Of a DNA stretch of 64,000 nt, positions 31,366 through 44,437 are shown in pieces. This DNA is from Eledone cirrhosa (lineage: Eukaryota). Under the pieces are notes generated by a model that saw only the letters and a list, made by a program, of their open reading frames with translations, was not told the DNA's origin and did not search any database. A program made the translations under genes and the position numbers. The stretch covers positions 330,088,001 through 330,152,000 of the forward strand of contig OZ024740.1 in NCBI GenBank assembly GCA_964016885.1. Reading direction: 5' to 3'. Numbering within the stretch: position 1 is the stretch's first letter; every line of letters begins with the position of its first letter.

Positions 31366-32290
31366 ATGTTCGTCCTCTATAAAGATCACGTTAGTCCTCT
31401 TTTACTCGATGAGATTCATAAAGGTGTCAATCCAAGTACAGCAATAAAATCCATTCAGATCGATTATGAGGATGATCCAGTAAATGGAGGAAGTTGTAGG
31501 TGGTAGTTTTCGTGTTTCCGAAGAGGAGATTTCAATTTAAAAGACGAGCCAAAAGTTGCTCCACCAAAAGAACTTGATTCAGAAGAGTTGGAAACTCTTG
31601 CCACAGAAAGTCCTACTATTACATCTAGTAAACTTGCAGAACAATTGAAGATAGCCCATACAGCGCCAAATTCAAAGTATCGGAATAGTTTTTGTGGTTG
31701 GAAAATGGGTCGCGAAAGAGCTGTCCTCAGAGAATATGCAACAGGGTGTCGCTTGTTGTGAGTCATTGCTTTAATGACACCTCCAGGCATCATTTTAGGT
31801 AGGATTGTCACAGGCGATGAGAAGAGGCTCCTTTATCAGAACATTAAGCGACGCCGATCGTGGATCTGTTGAGGAGGAAGACTTGTTCAACAACTGAGAG
31901 GAGGACTTCATCCAAAAAAGATCATGATGAGTGTATGGTGGGATATTGAACCATCCTTAGTCAACAGAAAAGGTGTCATCATCCATCATGATACGCTCGT
32001 CCTCACACATCTCGACTGACCAAATATGTCTTGGAAGAGCTTAGGTGGGAAAATATTTCTTCAGCCTCCAAATTCTCCTCACCTTACTGCTTCTGATTAT
32101 CACTTATCTTTGGGACGACAGAACAAAACAATTTGGATGGTTTAGGTTGACATCAAGAGAAGGGGTTGACAAGGATTTGGATTCATATTTTGCATCAAAG
32201 CCTAAAGAATGTTCAAATCATGGCATTTATAAGCCTATTGACGGATGGAATAAGGTTCTTGAAAGCAAAGGAGTGATGTTAGTGAATAAA
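31366..32290 (+). pseudogene. Mariner (Tc1/mariner, D,D34D-type) transposase relic
   Basis: Fragments FRRGDFNLKDEP, RIVTGDEK, LHPKKIMMSVWWD, NRKGVIIHHD..RPH and PPNSPHLTASDYHL, with stops and frameshifts. Confidence 0.85.
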
Positions 32291-32297
32291 CACTTTA

Positions 32298-32336
<39 letters not shown>

Positions 32337-32525
32337 TAATTTAATATATCAACTAACATAGGCGCACAGATGCACGTCCATGCCAGCAAATACACAGGTT
32401 ATGTCATAGTACCTAGGTGGTTCAATGCAGGAGGGTGCAGAACAATAATATAAAAGACGTAAAATAAGAAAATATTTTTTAAAAAAATTTTTAAAAAATT
32501 TTTTTACTTACTTACTTAAATTTTC

Positions 32526-32607
32526 ACTCCAACTAATTAGTTTCTGCAATGGGATAAAGACAGTTACATAATCCAACTGTCGAGAATTCATTGCGTCATC
32601 AGGGAGT
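32526..32607 (-). ncRNA. Type I hammerhead ribozyme (555-bp family)
   Basis: Reverse complement of 34643-34724. Confidence 0.88.
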
Positions 32608-33082
32608 CTATTCTCAGCTGAGCCTCCAGGCAATGCGCGGACACTGGCGGCTCATATAAAAATAATAATTCGGTAGAAAGAACAGCTAGGCGAGGACTGG
32701 ATTCTATGTACTGAAATTCTCACTGCTTCCAGTCAAATGGCCGATTCTAAAGAATCAATCACGTGACATAGAGGCTAGTTAGAAGGAATGGGATGGTAAG
32801 ATGACTGACGCCTACTAACACCCCAAAAAAAATTTTGAAGTGGTTTTGGCAGGTTTGCTCGACAAATCAGTGATTTGGAGATAAATATAGATAATTTAAT
32901 ATATCAACTAACATAGGCGCACAGATGCACGTCCATGCCAGCAAATACACAGGTTATGTCATAGTACCTAGGTGGTTCAATGCAGGAGGGTGCAGAACAA
33001 TAATATAAAAGACGTAAAATAAGAAAATATTTTTTAAAAAAATTTTAAAAAAAATTTTTTTTTCTTACTTACTTAAATTTTC

Positions 33083-33164
33083 ACTCCAACTAATTAGTTT
33101 CTGCAATGGGATAAAGACAGTTACATAATCCAACTGTCGAGAATTCATTGCGTCATCAGGGAGT
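33083..33164 (-). ncRNA. Type I hammerhead ribozyme (555-bp family)
   Basis: Reverse complement of 34643-34724. Confidence 0.88.
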
Positions 33165-33639
33165 CTATTCTCAGCTGAGCCTCCAGGCAATGTGCGGACA
33201 CTGGCGGCTCATATAAAAATAATAATTCGGTAGAAAGAACAGCTAGGCGAGGACTGGATTCTATGTACTGAAATTCTCACTGCTTCCAGTCAAATGGCCG
33301 ATTCTAAAGAATCAATCACGTGACATAGAGGCTAGTTAGAAGGAATGGGATGGTAAGATGACTGACGCCTACTAACACCCCAAAAAAAATTTTGAAGTGG
33401 TTTTGGCAGGTTTGCTCGACAAATCAGTGATTTGGAGATAAATATAGATAATTTAATATATCAACTAACATAGGCGCACAGATGCACGTCCATGCCAGCA
33501 AATACACAGGTTATGTCATAGTACCTAGGTGGTTCAATGCAGGAGGGTGCAGAACAATAATATAAAAGACGTAAAATAAGAAAATATTTTTTAAAAAAAT
33601 TTTAAAAAAAATTTTTTTTTCTTACTTACTTAAATTTTC

Positions 33640-33721
33640 ACTCCAACTAATTAGTTTCTGCAATGGGATAAAGACAGTTACATAATCCAACTGTCGAGAA
33701 TTCATTGCGTCATCAGGGAGT
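33640..33721 (-). ncRNA. Type I hammerhead ribozyme (555-bp family)
   Basis: Reverse complement of 34643-34724. Confidence 0.88.
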
Positions 33722-34642
33722 CTATTCTCAGCTGAGCCTCCAGGCAATGTGCGGACACTGGCGGCTCATATAAAAATAATAATTCGGTAGAAAGAACAGC
33801 TAGGCGAGGACTGGATTCTATGTACTGAAATTCTCACTGCTTCCAGTCAAATGGCCGATTCTAAAGAATCAATCACGTGACATAGAGGCTAGTTAGAAGG
33901 AATGGGATGGTAAGATGACTGACGCCTACTAACACCCCAAAAAAAATTTTGAAGTGGTTTTGGCAGGTTTGCTCGACAAATCAGTGATTTGGAGATAAAT
34001 ATAGATAATTTAATATATCAACTAACATAGGCGCACAGATGCACGTCCATGCCAGCAAATACACAGGTTATGTCATAGTACCTAGGTGGTTCAATGCAGG
34101 AGGGTGCAGAACAATAATATAAAAGACGTAAAATAAGAAAATATTTTTTAAAAAAATTTTTAAAAAAATTTAAGTAAGTAAGTAAAAAAAAAAAAATTTT
34201 TTTTAAATTTTTTTAAAAAATATTTTCTTATTTTACGTCTTTTATATTATTGTTCTGCACCCTCCTGCATTGAACCACCTAGGTACTATGACATAACCTG
34301 TGTATTTGCTGGCATGGACGTGCATCTGTGCGCCTATGTTAGTTGATATATTAAATTATCTATATTTATCTCCAAATCACTGATTTGTCGAGCAAACCTG
34401 CCAAAACCACTTCAAAATTTTTTTTGGGGTGTTAGTAGGCGTCAGTCATCTTACCATCCCATTCCTTCTAACTAGCCTCTATGTCACGTGATTGATTCTT
34501 TAGAATCGGCCATTTGACTGGAAGCAGTGAGAATTTCAGTACATAGAATCCAGTCCTCGCCTAGCTGTTCTTTCTACCGAATTATTATTTTTATATGAGC
34601 CGCCAGTGTCCGCGCATTGCCTGGAGGCTCAGCTGAGAATAG

Positions 34643-34724
34643 ACTCCCTGATGACGCAATGAATTCTCGACAGTTGGATTATGTAACTGTCTTTATCCCA
34701 TTGCAGAAACTAATTAGTTGGAGT
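34643..34724 (+). ncRNA. Type I hammerhead ribozyme (555-bp family)
   Basis: actcc-CTGATGA-c-gcaatg-[aattctc-gacagttg-gattatg-taactgtc-tttatcc]-cattgc-a-GAAA-ctaattag-TT-ggagt. 5-bp stem I, extended stem II, palindromic stem III actaattagt; GUU cut predicted after 34719. Confidence 0.88.
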
Positions 34725-35199
34725 GAAAATTTAAGTAAGTAAGTAAAAAAAATTTTTTAAAAATTTTTTTAAAAAATATTTTCTTATTTTACGTCTTTTA
34801 TATTATTGTTCTGCACCCTCCTGCATTGAACCACCTAGGTACTATGACATAACCTGTGTATTTGCTGGCATGGACGTGCATCTGTGCGCCTATGTTAGTT
34901 GATATATTAAATTATCTATATTTATCTCCAAATCACTGATTTGTCGAGCAAACCTGCCAAAACCACTTCAAAATTTTTTTTTGGGGTGTTAGTAGGCGTC
35001 AGTCATCTTACCATCCCATTCCTTCTAACTAGCCTCTATGTCACGTGATTGATTCTTTAGAATCGGCCATTTGACTGGAAGCAGTGAGAATTTCAGTACA
35101 TAGAATCCAGTCCTCGCCTAGCTGTTCTTTCTACCGAATTATTATTTTTATATGAGCCGCCAGTGTCCGCGCATTGCCTGGAGGCTCAGCTGAGAATAG

Positions 35200-35281
35200 A
35201 CTCCCTGATGACGCAATGAATTCTCGACAGTTGGATTATGTAACTGTCTTTATCCCATTGCAGAAACTAATTAGTTGGAGT
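35200..35281 (+). ncRNA. Type I hammerhead ribozyme (555-bp family)
   Basis: Same as 34643-34724. Confidence 0.88.
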
Positions 35282-35375
35282 GAAAATTTAAGTAAGTAAG
35301 TAAAAAAAATTTTTTAAAAATTTTTTTAAAAAATATTTTCTCATTTTACGTCTTTTATATATATATATATATATA

Positions 35376-36746
35376 TTAAAATAACAGGTTAAAGTTTAAG
35401 CAAAGAATCGCTGCTTTCACCCTTAACGGGATCTTCTGAAACTAACAAAGTCAATCTGTAAACGCAGAACTGGATATTTCAAAAAACGTTGCAACCGGAG
35501 GAAGACAGGAAGACGATACTTTGGTTCGTGGTAACGTTCGCTGGCAAAGAACGGGAAAAAACGAATAATACGTCATTAATAGGAGCGGTGAAAAACAATT
35601 ACGCGCAAAGACAAAACCACGTTTATGGTATAAAAGAGGTCGTAGACTAATGTTCTCTTAGGTGTTGCATAGAGACGTTCTCTGGCAATGAACGAAAAAA
35701 CGAAGATAATAATTCATATGTGGAGCATGGAGAACAATAGCACGCAAAGAGAAAACCACGTAAATGGTATAGCAGAAATCGTAGACTAAAATTCCAACTA
35801 GGAGACCATATGAATCTCCGCTACAGAGTTAAGAACAAAGTAAATAAATACAATACAGAAGTAATAGAAACAAATAAATACATACACGCAAACAGATACG
35901 TACCTACACAAGCATACGCAAAACCTTACCATGGGTATACAAAACCACGCACATATAAATATGTGTGTGTGTGTATGCTTGTGTACAAATAAATAAATAA
36001 TTATATAAACGTATATAAGTAAATAAATACGTATATAACAAGCGCACACGCATACCTACATATAAATACACGAATGTTCGGAGACGTAAGTCAACTAAAA
36101 CAAGAAGTACACATATACACACACCCACCATACGTACGAACCTGCACACTACGCGGACGCAAAACTCCCGTACACACATAGCCAAACCCTAAATACCAGA
36201 ATATGTAAAAATTATACGCTATAACAGTCAAATATACGTACGAGAAGGTATACATACCTTCACAAAACATACGGGTAATATATACTTACCTATGCAAATA
36301 CGTAAAGGAATAAACAAAACATATACTTAGCTCCCACATCAAGACGTAAAATATCCACGTATAGATCGTGCTATCCGTTAGGGTATAACGTGGGGCTGTA
36401 ATACAGGAAAGTTTTGTGCAATTTATGTTTACAAGCCGAAATTGCCTCAGATTTTTTGTTTAAGATGTGGTCTGTAGCGTCGAATATTTCCAGGGCCTCA
36501 GCGCCGCAGAGGTCACATGGTCTTTTATTTCCGTTATACGATCTAGCCCTAGCTAGGATCTCCCAGTGTAACTTATATTGGGTGTGGTTGTCTTTTAGAC
36601 TCCAGATATAAGCTGAAAGTGACGTCATATTCCTTCTTAGAGGGTAACGAAAAGAATGGGTATGCATGTAAAGACGCTGCTTGAAACTATTGGCGGTTAA
36701 CCCTATGTAGGCCCTACGGGACGTGGGTGTTACAATAATTATTTTA

Positions 36747-36750
<4 letters not shown>
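35376..36750 (-). mobile_element. 5'-truncated Hydra-like PLE (family D) between (TA)n tracts
   Basis: RAYIGLTANSFKQRLYMH..SF...TSLSAYIWSLKD...WEILARA..Y....PCDLC..E...ILNKKSE..SACKH (36371 to about 36735). The tail has a decayed hammerhead-like cagaaga-tccc-gttaa-ggg-t-gaaa near 35405-35440. Confidence 0.8.
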
Positions 36751-37646
<896 letters not shown>

Positions 37647-37780
37647 CAAAGGAATTATGGTAAGGAACTAGAGGGACCATAACGCACCAGAGTACTCAAT
37701 ACTTAGGGTAGTAGAGTGGGAAATAGGAAAAAGTATGCCCCGAGGCAGAGCTGAAGCCGTTTCGACGGCTATTTCTGGAC

Positions 37781-37823
<43 letters not shown>

Positions 37824-37827
<4 letters not shown>

Positions 37828-39540
37828 TTGCGAGGTTTTTTATATGAAATCGAGTGGCGAAACAAATATTGTTATATTTGGGGAGGATCATATTTGTGTA
37901 ATATTTCCAGAATTAATAACAGAACACACTCACTGTTTGGTTGGTTTTCGCTTCTCGCTTCTGTGTCTTTAAAATCGGTAATCTATCTTACTCGGTCCTC
38001 AATGTTGCCATTGACTGACCAACGGTCAGAAATAAAAAATATACAATATAGACACAAACACATATATATAGTTTAGTTTATCATAAATCTTTCGTTCCAC
38101 ATCTGCAACATCGTCAGTGGTGTTATATTTTCCTCCTGTTGTATTGTATGTCTACGCCATTTTTATTCAGCCTGTCTATATATTTATTTATATTTTTGCC
38201 TGTTTGTTTATTTTATTTTGTCTCCTTTGCGCATGCGTTTGCTTGTGTGTATAGTGTTTTGTTTGCTGTGTGATGGCTGACTAGTGTGTGTTTATGTGCT
38301 TGTTGTTATTGTGCTTGTGTATGTATTTATTTATTTATTTTATTTTATTTACTTATTTATACTTCTCTTAGGTCAGTGTTGTTTGTTTGGGTGTTGTTGT
38401 TATTCTATTCATTCTTTCTGTTTAGCCTTTGTCTTCTAATTTCTATTTCACTGGCCTCTCTGATTTGCCTATCTGCTGGGTCATTTCTATGTTTAGATAT
38501 TATTCTAATTTCTATGTTGTCTATGTTACCGTCATGTTGTTGTCTAGCATGTTCGTATAGTACTGCCGCGTTTTTTCGTCCTTTTAGTTCCCCCCAGTGT
38601 TGGTCTATCCTTTCACCTATGCTACGAGCTGTCTCACCTATGTATGTTGTTGTCATGTTTCTGCAAGTACCCTCGGTACATCTTATGATATAGACTACGT
38701 TTCTAGTTTTACAGTTTATCCGGGGGTTCACCTTACATATGATACATTTCCTATTGGTACAGTGGGTTTTCTTAAAAGGGTAGGTTTTGCTGATCAGGGA
38801 TTTTATGGTGGTTCCTGGCTTTTCTACCACCTTTATTTTTAAGTGGGTCTTTCTCAGGGCCCTTCTACACTGGTTAGCTAATTTCGCTCCAGAGTTAGCG
38901 TCCACAAACATGACACTCTGGTATCTCTGGTTGTCGTACCATGAGATGGCTTTCCCTATCTTATGTCTAGCCCTATCTAAGCAATTCCATGATTTGCTCC
39001 TGTATAATGGGTAAATTCCTTTCATGTCCAGTTCTATGAGGGTCTTATACTTTTCCATGGCTCCTTCGTATACTCTGGCTCTGTCTCTTTTGTTGTAGCC
39101 AGAGAACTGCATGCGGTTGATGAAGTGTTGGATGTGTCTTTCCATTTCTGTTGGGTCGCACATGCGGGACACATTCTTCGTCACTCGTACCAAATCTGCG
39201 ATCAGAATATTAAACTTAGCACTACTGGACATTGCTGAGTTTTTGAGTATCAGGTATTTGGAGGCCATGGGTTTAGCATAGTGTGAGTGTAGAATTTGGG
39301 CTCTCTCGTCTATAGTGTTAATCCAGAGTTCTGTGTCTAATACAGGTAGCCTATTGTTAGGGTGTTTGAAACGGAAATCGATAGTTACAGTTATACTCTG
39401 GTGTATGGAATTAGCTATCTGCTGGATGCTTTCCATCGTGCTACGTTCTAAATCAAACTTGTTAGTGTTCTCTAGTGGGGGTGTTCTTAAAACTATATTG
39501 ATATCGTCTACATAACGAGAGTACATGATGAGGTCTAGGT
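37824..39540 (-). mobile_element. 5'-truncated PLE family B (RT C-half plus GIY-YIG plus tail)
   Basis: The PLE part of ORF 38405-39667 reads RYVDD, LPVLDTELW, CTNRKCIIC...CKTRNVVY...YIGET...R...H, LNRKNE. The first 40 or so codons are read-through from the flanking repeat. The tail ends in (TA)n. Confidence 0.88.
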
Positions 39541-39697
39541 TGTATATATGCATACATATATACAACCACCCTGCTGGCCGACAGGCACCAATCACAAACT
39601 TTCTGCCTTGTCCACTGGCCACGTGATGTTTCTTAGCTATTTTGAATTCATTTCTGGCGGGGATCATGGTCGAAGAATCTTAGTCCAGTCTGGGGTA

Positions 39698-39781
39698 TCT
39701 CCTGATGAGTTCCGAGCCTCGTGGATTTATCCAAGCCCAGATATATCCCCAAAATGGAACGAAACCACCTGTTGGTAGAGA
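39698..39781 (+). ncRNA. Type I hammerhead ribozyme (646-bp family, paralog unit 1)
   Basis: Same as 3206-3289. Confidence 0.8.
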
Positions 39782-40343
39782 CGATGGTAATTTTGGTAAT
39801 ATTTATGTCCTTTTTTCTTCTGTTCTTCACTTTTGTACCTAAATCCGTGTAATTAACTATTTGTCTAGTCAATTTCTACAGGCTAGGAGAAATACTAGGT
39901 AAATTTATATGGTTGTGCATCGCGGAAAAGAACCTGTATCATTTGTTTATTATTGTGTGGTTATTTATACTGACTGGGAGACGAAATACTGTATATATAT
40001 TATGTAATGATTCTTTGGACTTACATTTTTATAAATTGCTCTGATTAATAATTATTTAATTAATTCTTCATTGAGCCACACCGTGAATGGTTGCCAAACG
40101 CATATATGTATCTGTGGCTTTGTCTAATATATATATACCCTTTAAATTTAATATATACTCCCGTAAGGTTGAGTAAATCTTTAAGCAGTATTCAGCTGCG
40201 CTTTCTAGCAACCAGCCTACTCGCCGACAGGCACCAATCACAAAATTCCTCCCTTGACCACTGGCCACGTGATGGTTCTTAGTTATTTTGAATTCATTTC
40301 TGGCAGGGATCATGGTAGAAGAAACTTAGTCCAGTCTGGGGTA

Positions 40344-40427
40344 TCTCCTGATGAGTTCCTAGCCTCGTGGATTTATCCAAGACCGGATATATCCAAAAAG
40401 TGGAACGAAACCACCGATTGGTAGACA
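40344..40427 (+). ncRNA. Type I hammerhead ribozyme (646-bp family, paralog unit 2)
   Basis: Same as 3852-3935. Confidence 0.7.
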
Positions 40428-40801
40428 CGATGAGAATCTTGGTAATATTTATGAGCATTTTTTCTTCTAACTTCAATGTTGTACCTAATTCCGTGTAGTT
40501 AACTATTTGACTAGTCACTTTCTACAGGCTAGGAGAAATACTAGGTGACTATCAGATGGTTGTACATCGCGGAAAGAATCTGTATCATGTGTCTATTATT
40601 TCTTCATAAGTACATTTTAAACTTAAAGCCTCGTTTAAATGATTTTTTGTGTGGTTAATTTATACTGATTGGGAGAGGAAATAGTGTACATATTTTATCT
40701 AATGATTCTTTTGACTTACATTTATATATATCCAGGGCGTGGAACATGGAGTTACTGTAGGTTCACTGCAGTGCCGAGGTGTAGAGCTAGACAGGGTGTA
40801 T

Positions 40802-41026
40802 TATAGTGAAATAAGATAACAAGGACGATTGGTTACTCCTTCATTACGTTTATTGTTTGGTGACGCGCGTTTCGCCACTGATCAGCTCAAGGCTCTATCT
40901 TTATCGATCTGACGCGACTCTGTAATTCGCGTCTCCTCAAACCCCTTGTAACTGTCGGGTTAGATCGTGATAGATCGAACCAACGTAATGAAGGAGTAAC
41001 CAATCGTCCTTGTTATCTTATTTCAC

Positions 41027-41030
<4 letters not shown>
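40802..41030. repeat. Inverted repeat with perfect 49-bp arms (paralog of 4310-4541)
   Basis: 40802-40850 pairs with 40982-41030. Confidence 0.85.
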
Positions 41031-42821
<1,791 letters not shown>

Positions 42822-43492
42822 TCACTGTATGATTCATTCATGGGAGACAACACACACACGTGCTTTCTATTTTTGTTTCATACAGAGCATTTTGGTTTAG
42901 CTTAAGCAATTTTGTATTAATCTTGATATTTCTGAGTAACATAATTTAATTTGATATAATCTTGTTTGATTTTGTATAATCTTATCTGTATTTGACCCGA
43001 TTTCGTTGTTTCTTGTATGATATGCTGATATTACAATAACTCCGTATATTTGTAAACAGACATTTACATCGTGTTTCTATATCTCTGTTTCCGGTTTCTC
43101 CCATTCATTAATTTAAATTTAGATTTAAAAATTTATTTTTATATTTATGAACTGCAGTTGCTCACGCTCTCACGCTGTCTCTATCTCTCTCCTTCCTCTC
43201 TCTCTCTCTCTCTCTCCCCCTCTCTCTCTCTCGATCAACGAGCTCTCTTTCTCCCTCTCTCTAGATCAACGAGCTCTCTCTCTCTCTCTCTCTCTATCTA
43301 TCTTCTCTCTCACCCTCTGACCCCCCCCCACTCTTCCCACTATCTCTCTCGCTCCCCTCTTCTGTCTCCCCCTTTTCTTTTCTTTTCTTCTGTTTCTCTT
43401 TTTCTCTCGCTGGAGTTATATCTCTATCTCCCTCCCTCACTCTGTCCCTCTCTACACCTCCCACTGTCCCTCTTTCTCCCCTCCACAGCGAA

Positions 43493-44437
43493 ATGGACTG
43501 CATGCAGGAAAAATGGGAAAAATGTGAAATCAGGAGTCAGCGAAACTGGTCGAAGATTGAACTAGCGGTTTTGATCAAGGGGTGGACTATGGCTGATGGG
43601 TCTCCACCAAGCAAAAAGATGGCGGAGAACCTGAAGAGCCATGGGTTTATGAGGACCCTGGTACAGATAGAGAGAAAGAGAAAAGAAATTGAGAAGGCGT
43701 ATGTCCTCATAGCTCCTCATATGGCGATGCTAAGCCGTGTCCTCAGGGAGGAGAAAACCAAAGAGAGGGATGAGGAGAAAGAAAAGGAAAAGGAAAAAGA
43801 AAGGGAGGAGAGCACAAGCACGGACCTGAAAGAAAAGGATATACCCTCCGCTACAGGCAGGGAGGGCAGGCCGGGCAACCAACAAGCTAAGGGCAAAGGT
43901 GAAAAGCGAAATCACCTTCCGAAGGAGAACCAAGCGCAGAGGGACCAGTGGACAACTGTTCAAAGAAAGAACAGAAAGCACCGAGACACTGGGAGCAAAA
44001 AACACCAAGTAATGTGCAAGTTTTTCAAGAACGGGACATGCTGGTATGGAGAGACAGGGATGGGATGCAGATTCGCCCACCCTAGGTCTCAAACGAACTA
44101 TGCCCATCATACTCGCGCAACATGCCCCAGCCAAAGCCGAAATAAGCCGCTCCAGAAGTATGCTGATGTCGCGCGTGCTGCACCAACAAGGAGAAGGCAC
44201 GCACATGCCGACGAGATACAGATGGCAGCAGCAGATCAGAAAAATTTTTTAGTGATGGCAGAGAAGATTGTGGGACAGCTGACCTGGCTGCATCGTCTCC
44301 AGAGCCAGGGTCATCCACACCAGCACTCGAGACCACCGCAGTTAAGGGACCCAGAGTGGCCGCCGCTGACACCAGACCAGGTGTCATACCGACAGCCATT
44401 ACTGGCACCCCAAAAGTCACACCAGTGCTGCTGCTGA
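43493..44437 (+). CDS. LINE ORF1 protein (Myb/SANT-like N-terminus, charged coil, CCCH zinc finger)
   Basis: Position upstream of ORF2. RNWSKIELAVLIKGW...MAENLKSHGFMRTLVQIERKRKEIEKAY and CKFFKNGTCWYGETGMGCRFAH. Confidence 0.75.
   Translation: MDCMQEKWEKCEIRSQRNWSKIELAVLIKGWTMADGSPPSKKMAENLKSHGFMRTLVQIERKRKEIEKAYVLIAPHMAMLSRVLREEKTKERDEEKEKEKEKEREESTSTDLKEKDIPSATGREGRPGNQQAKGKGEKRNHLPKENQAQRDQWTTVQRKNRKHRDTGSKKHQVMCKFFKNGTCWYGETGMGCRFAHPRSQTNYAHHTRATCPSQSRNKPLQKYADVARAAPTRRRHAHADEIQMAAADQKNFLVMAEKIVGQLTWLHRLQSQGHPHQHSRPPQLRDPEWPPLTPDQVSYRQPLLAPQKSHQCCC

Larger units (their letters stand above)
32331..35360. mobile_element. Head-to-head tandem arrays of a 555-557-bp non-coding hammerhead monomer (retrozyme-like), inserted in (TA)n
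   Basis: About 3.3 units ribozyme-sense on minus (32331-34171) and about 2.1 units on plus (34165-35360). Units are near-identical and have no ORF. Confidence 0.9.

Noticed and set aside
32331-35360. CRISPR array or ordinary satellite interpretation
   Set aside because: Units are wholly repeated with no unique spacers, the context is eukaryotic with no cas genes, and the ribozyme and inversion point to retrotransposition.
37645-37790. Short island with hairpin agccgt-cgaa-acggct on the minus strand resembling a hammerhead 3' half
   Set aside because: No CTGANGA core or stem I partner. Possibly a PLE end remnant but unsupported.
39541-39667. N-terminal extension of the 420-aa PLE-B ORF
   Set aside because: Read-through from the antisense strand of the 646-bp non-coding repeat; not PLE sequence.
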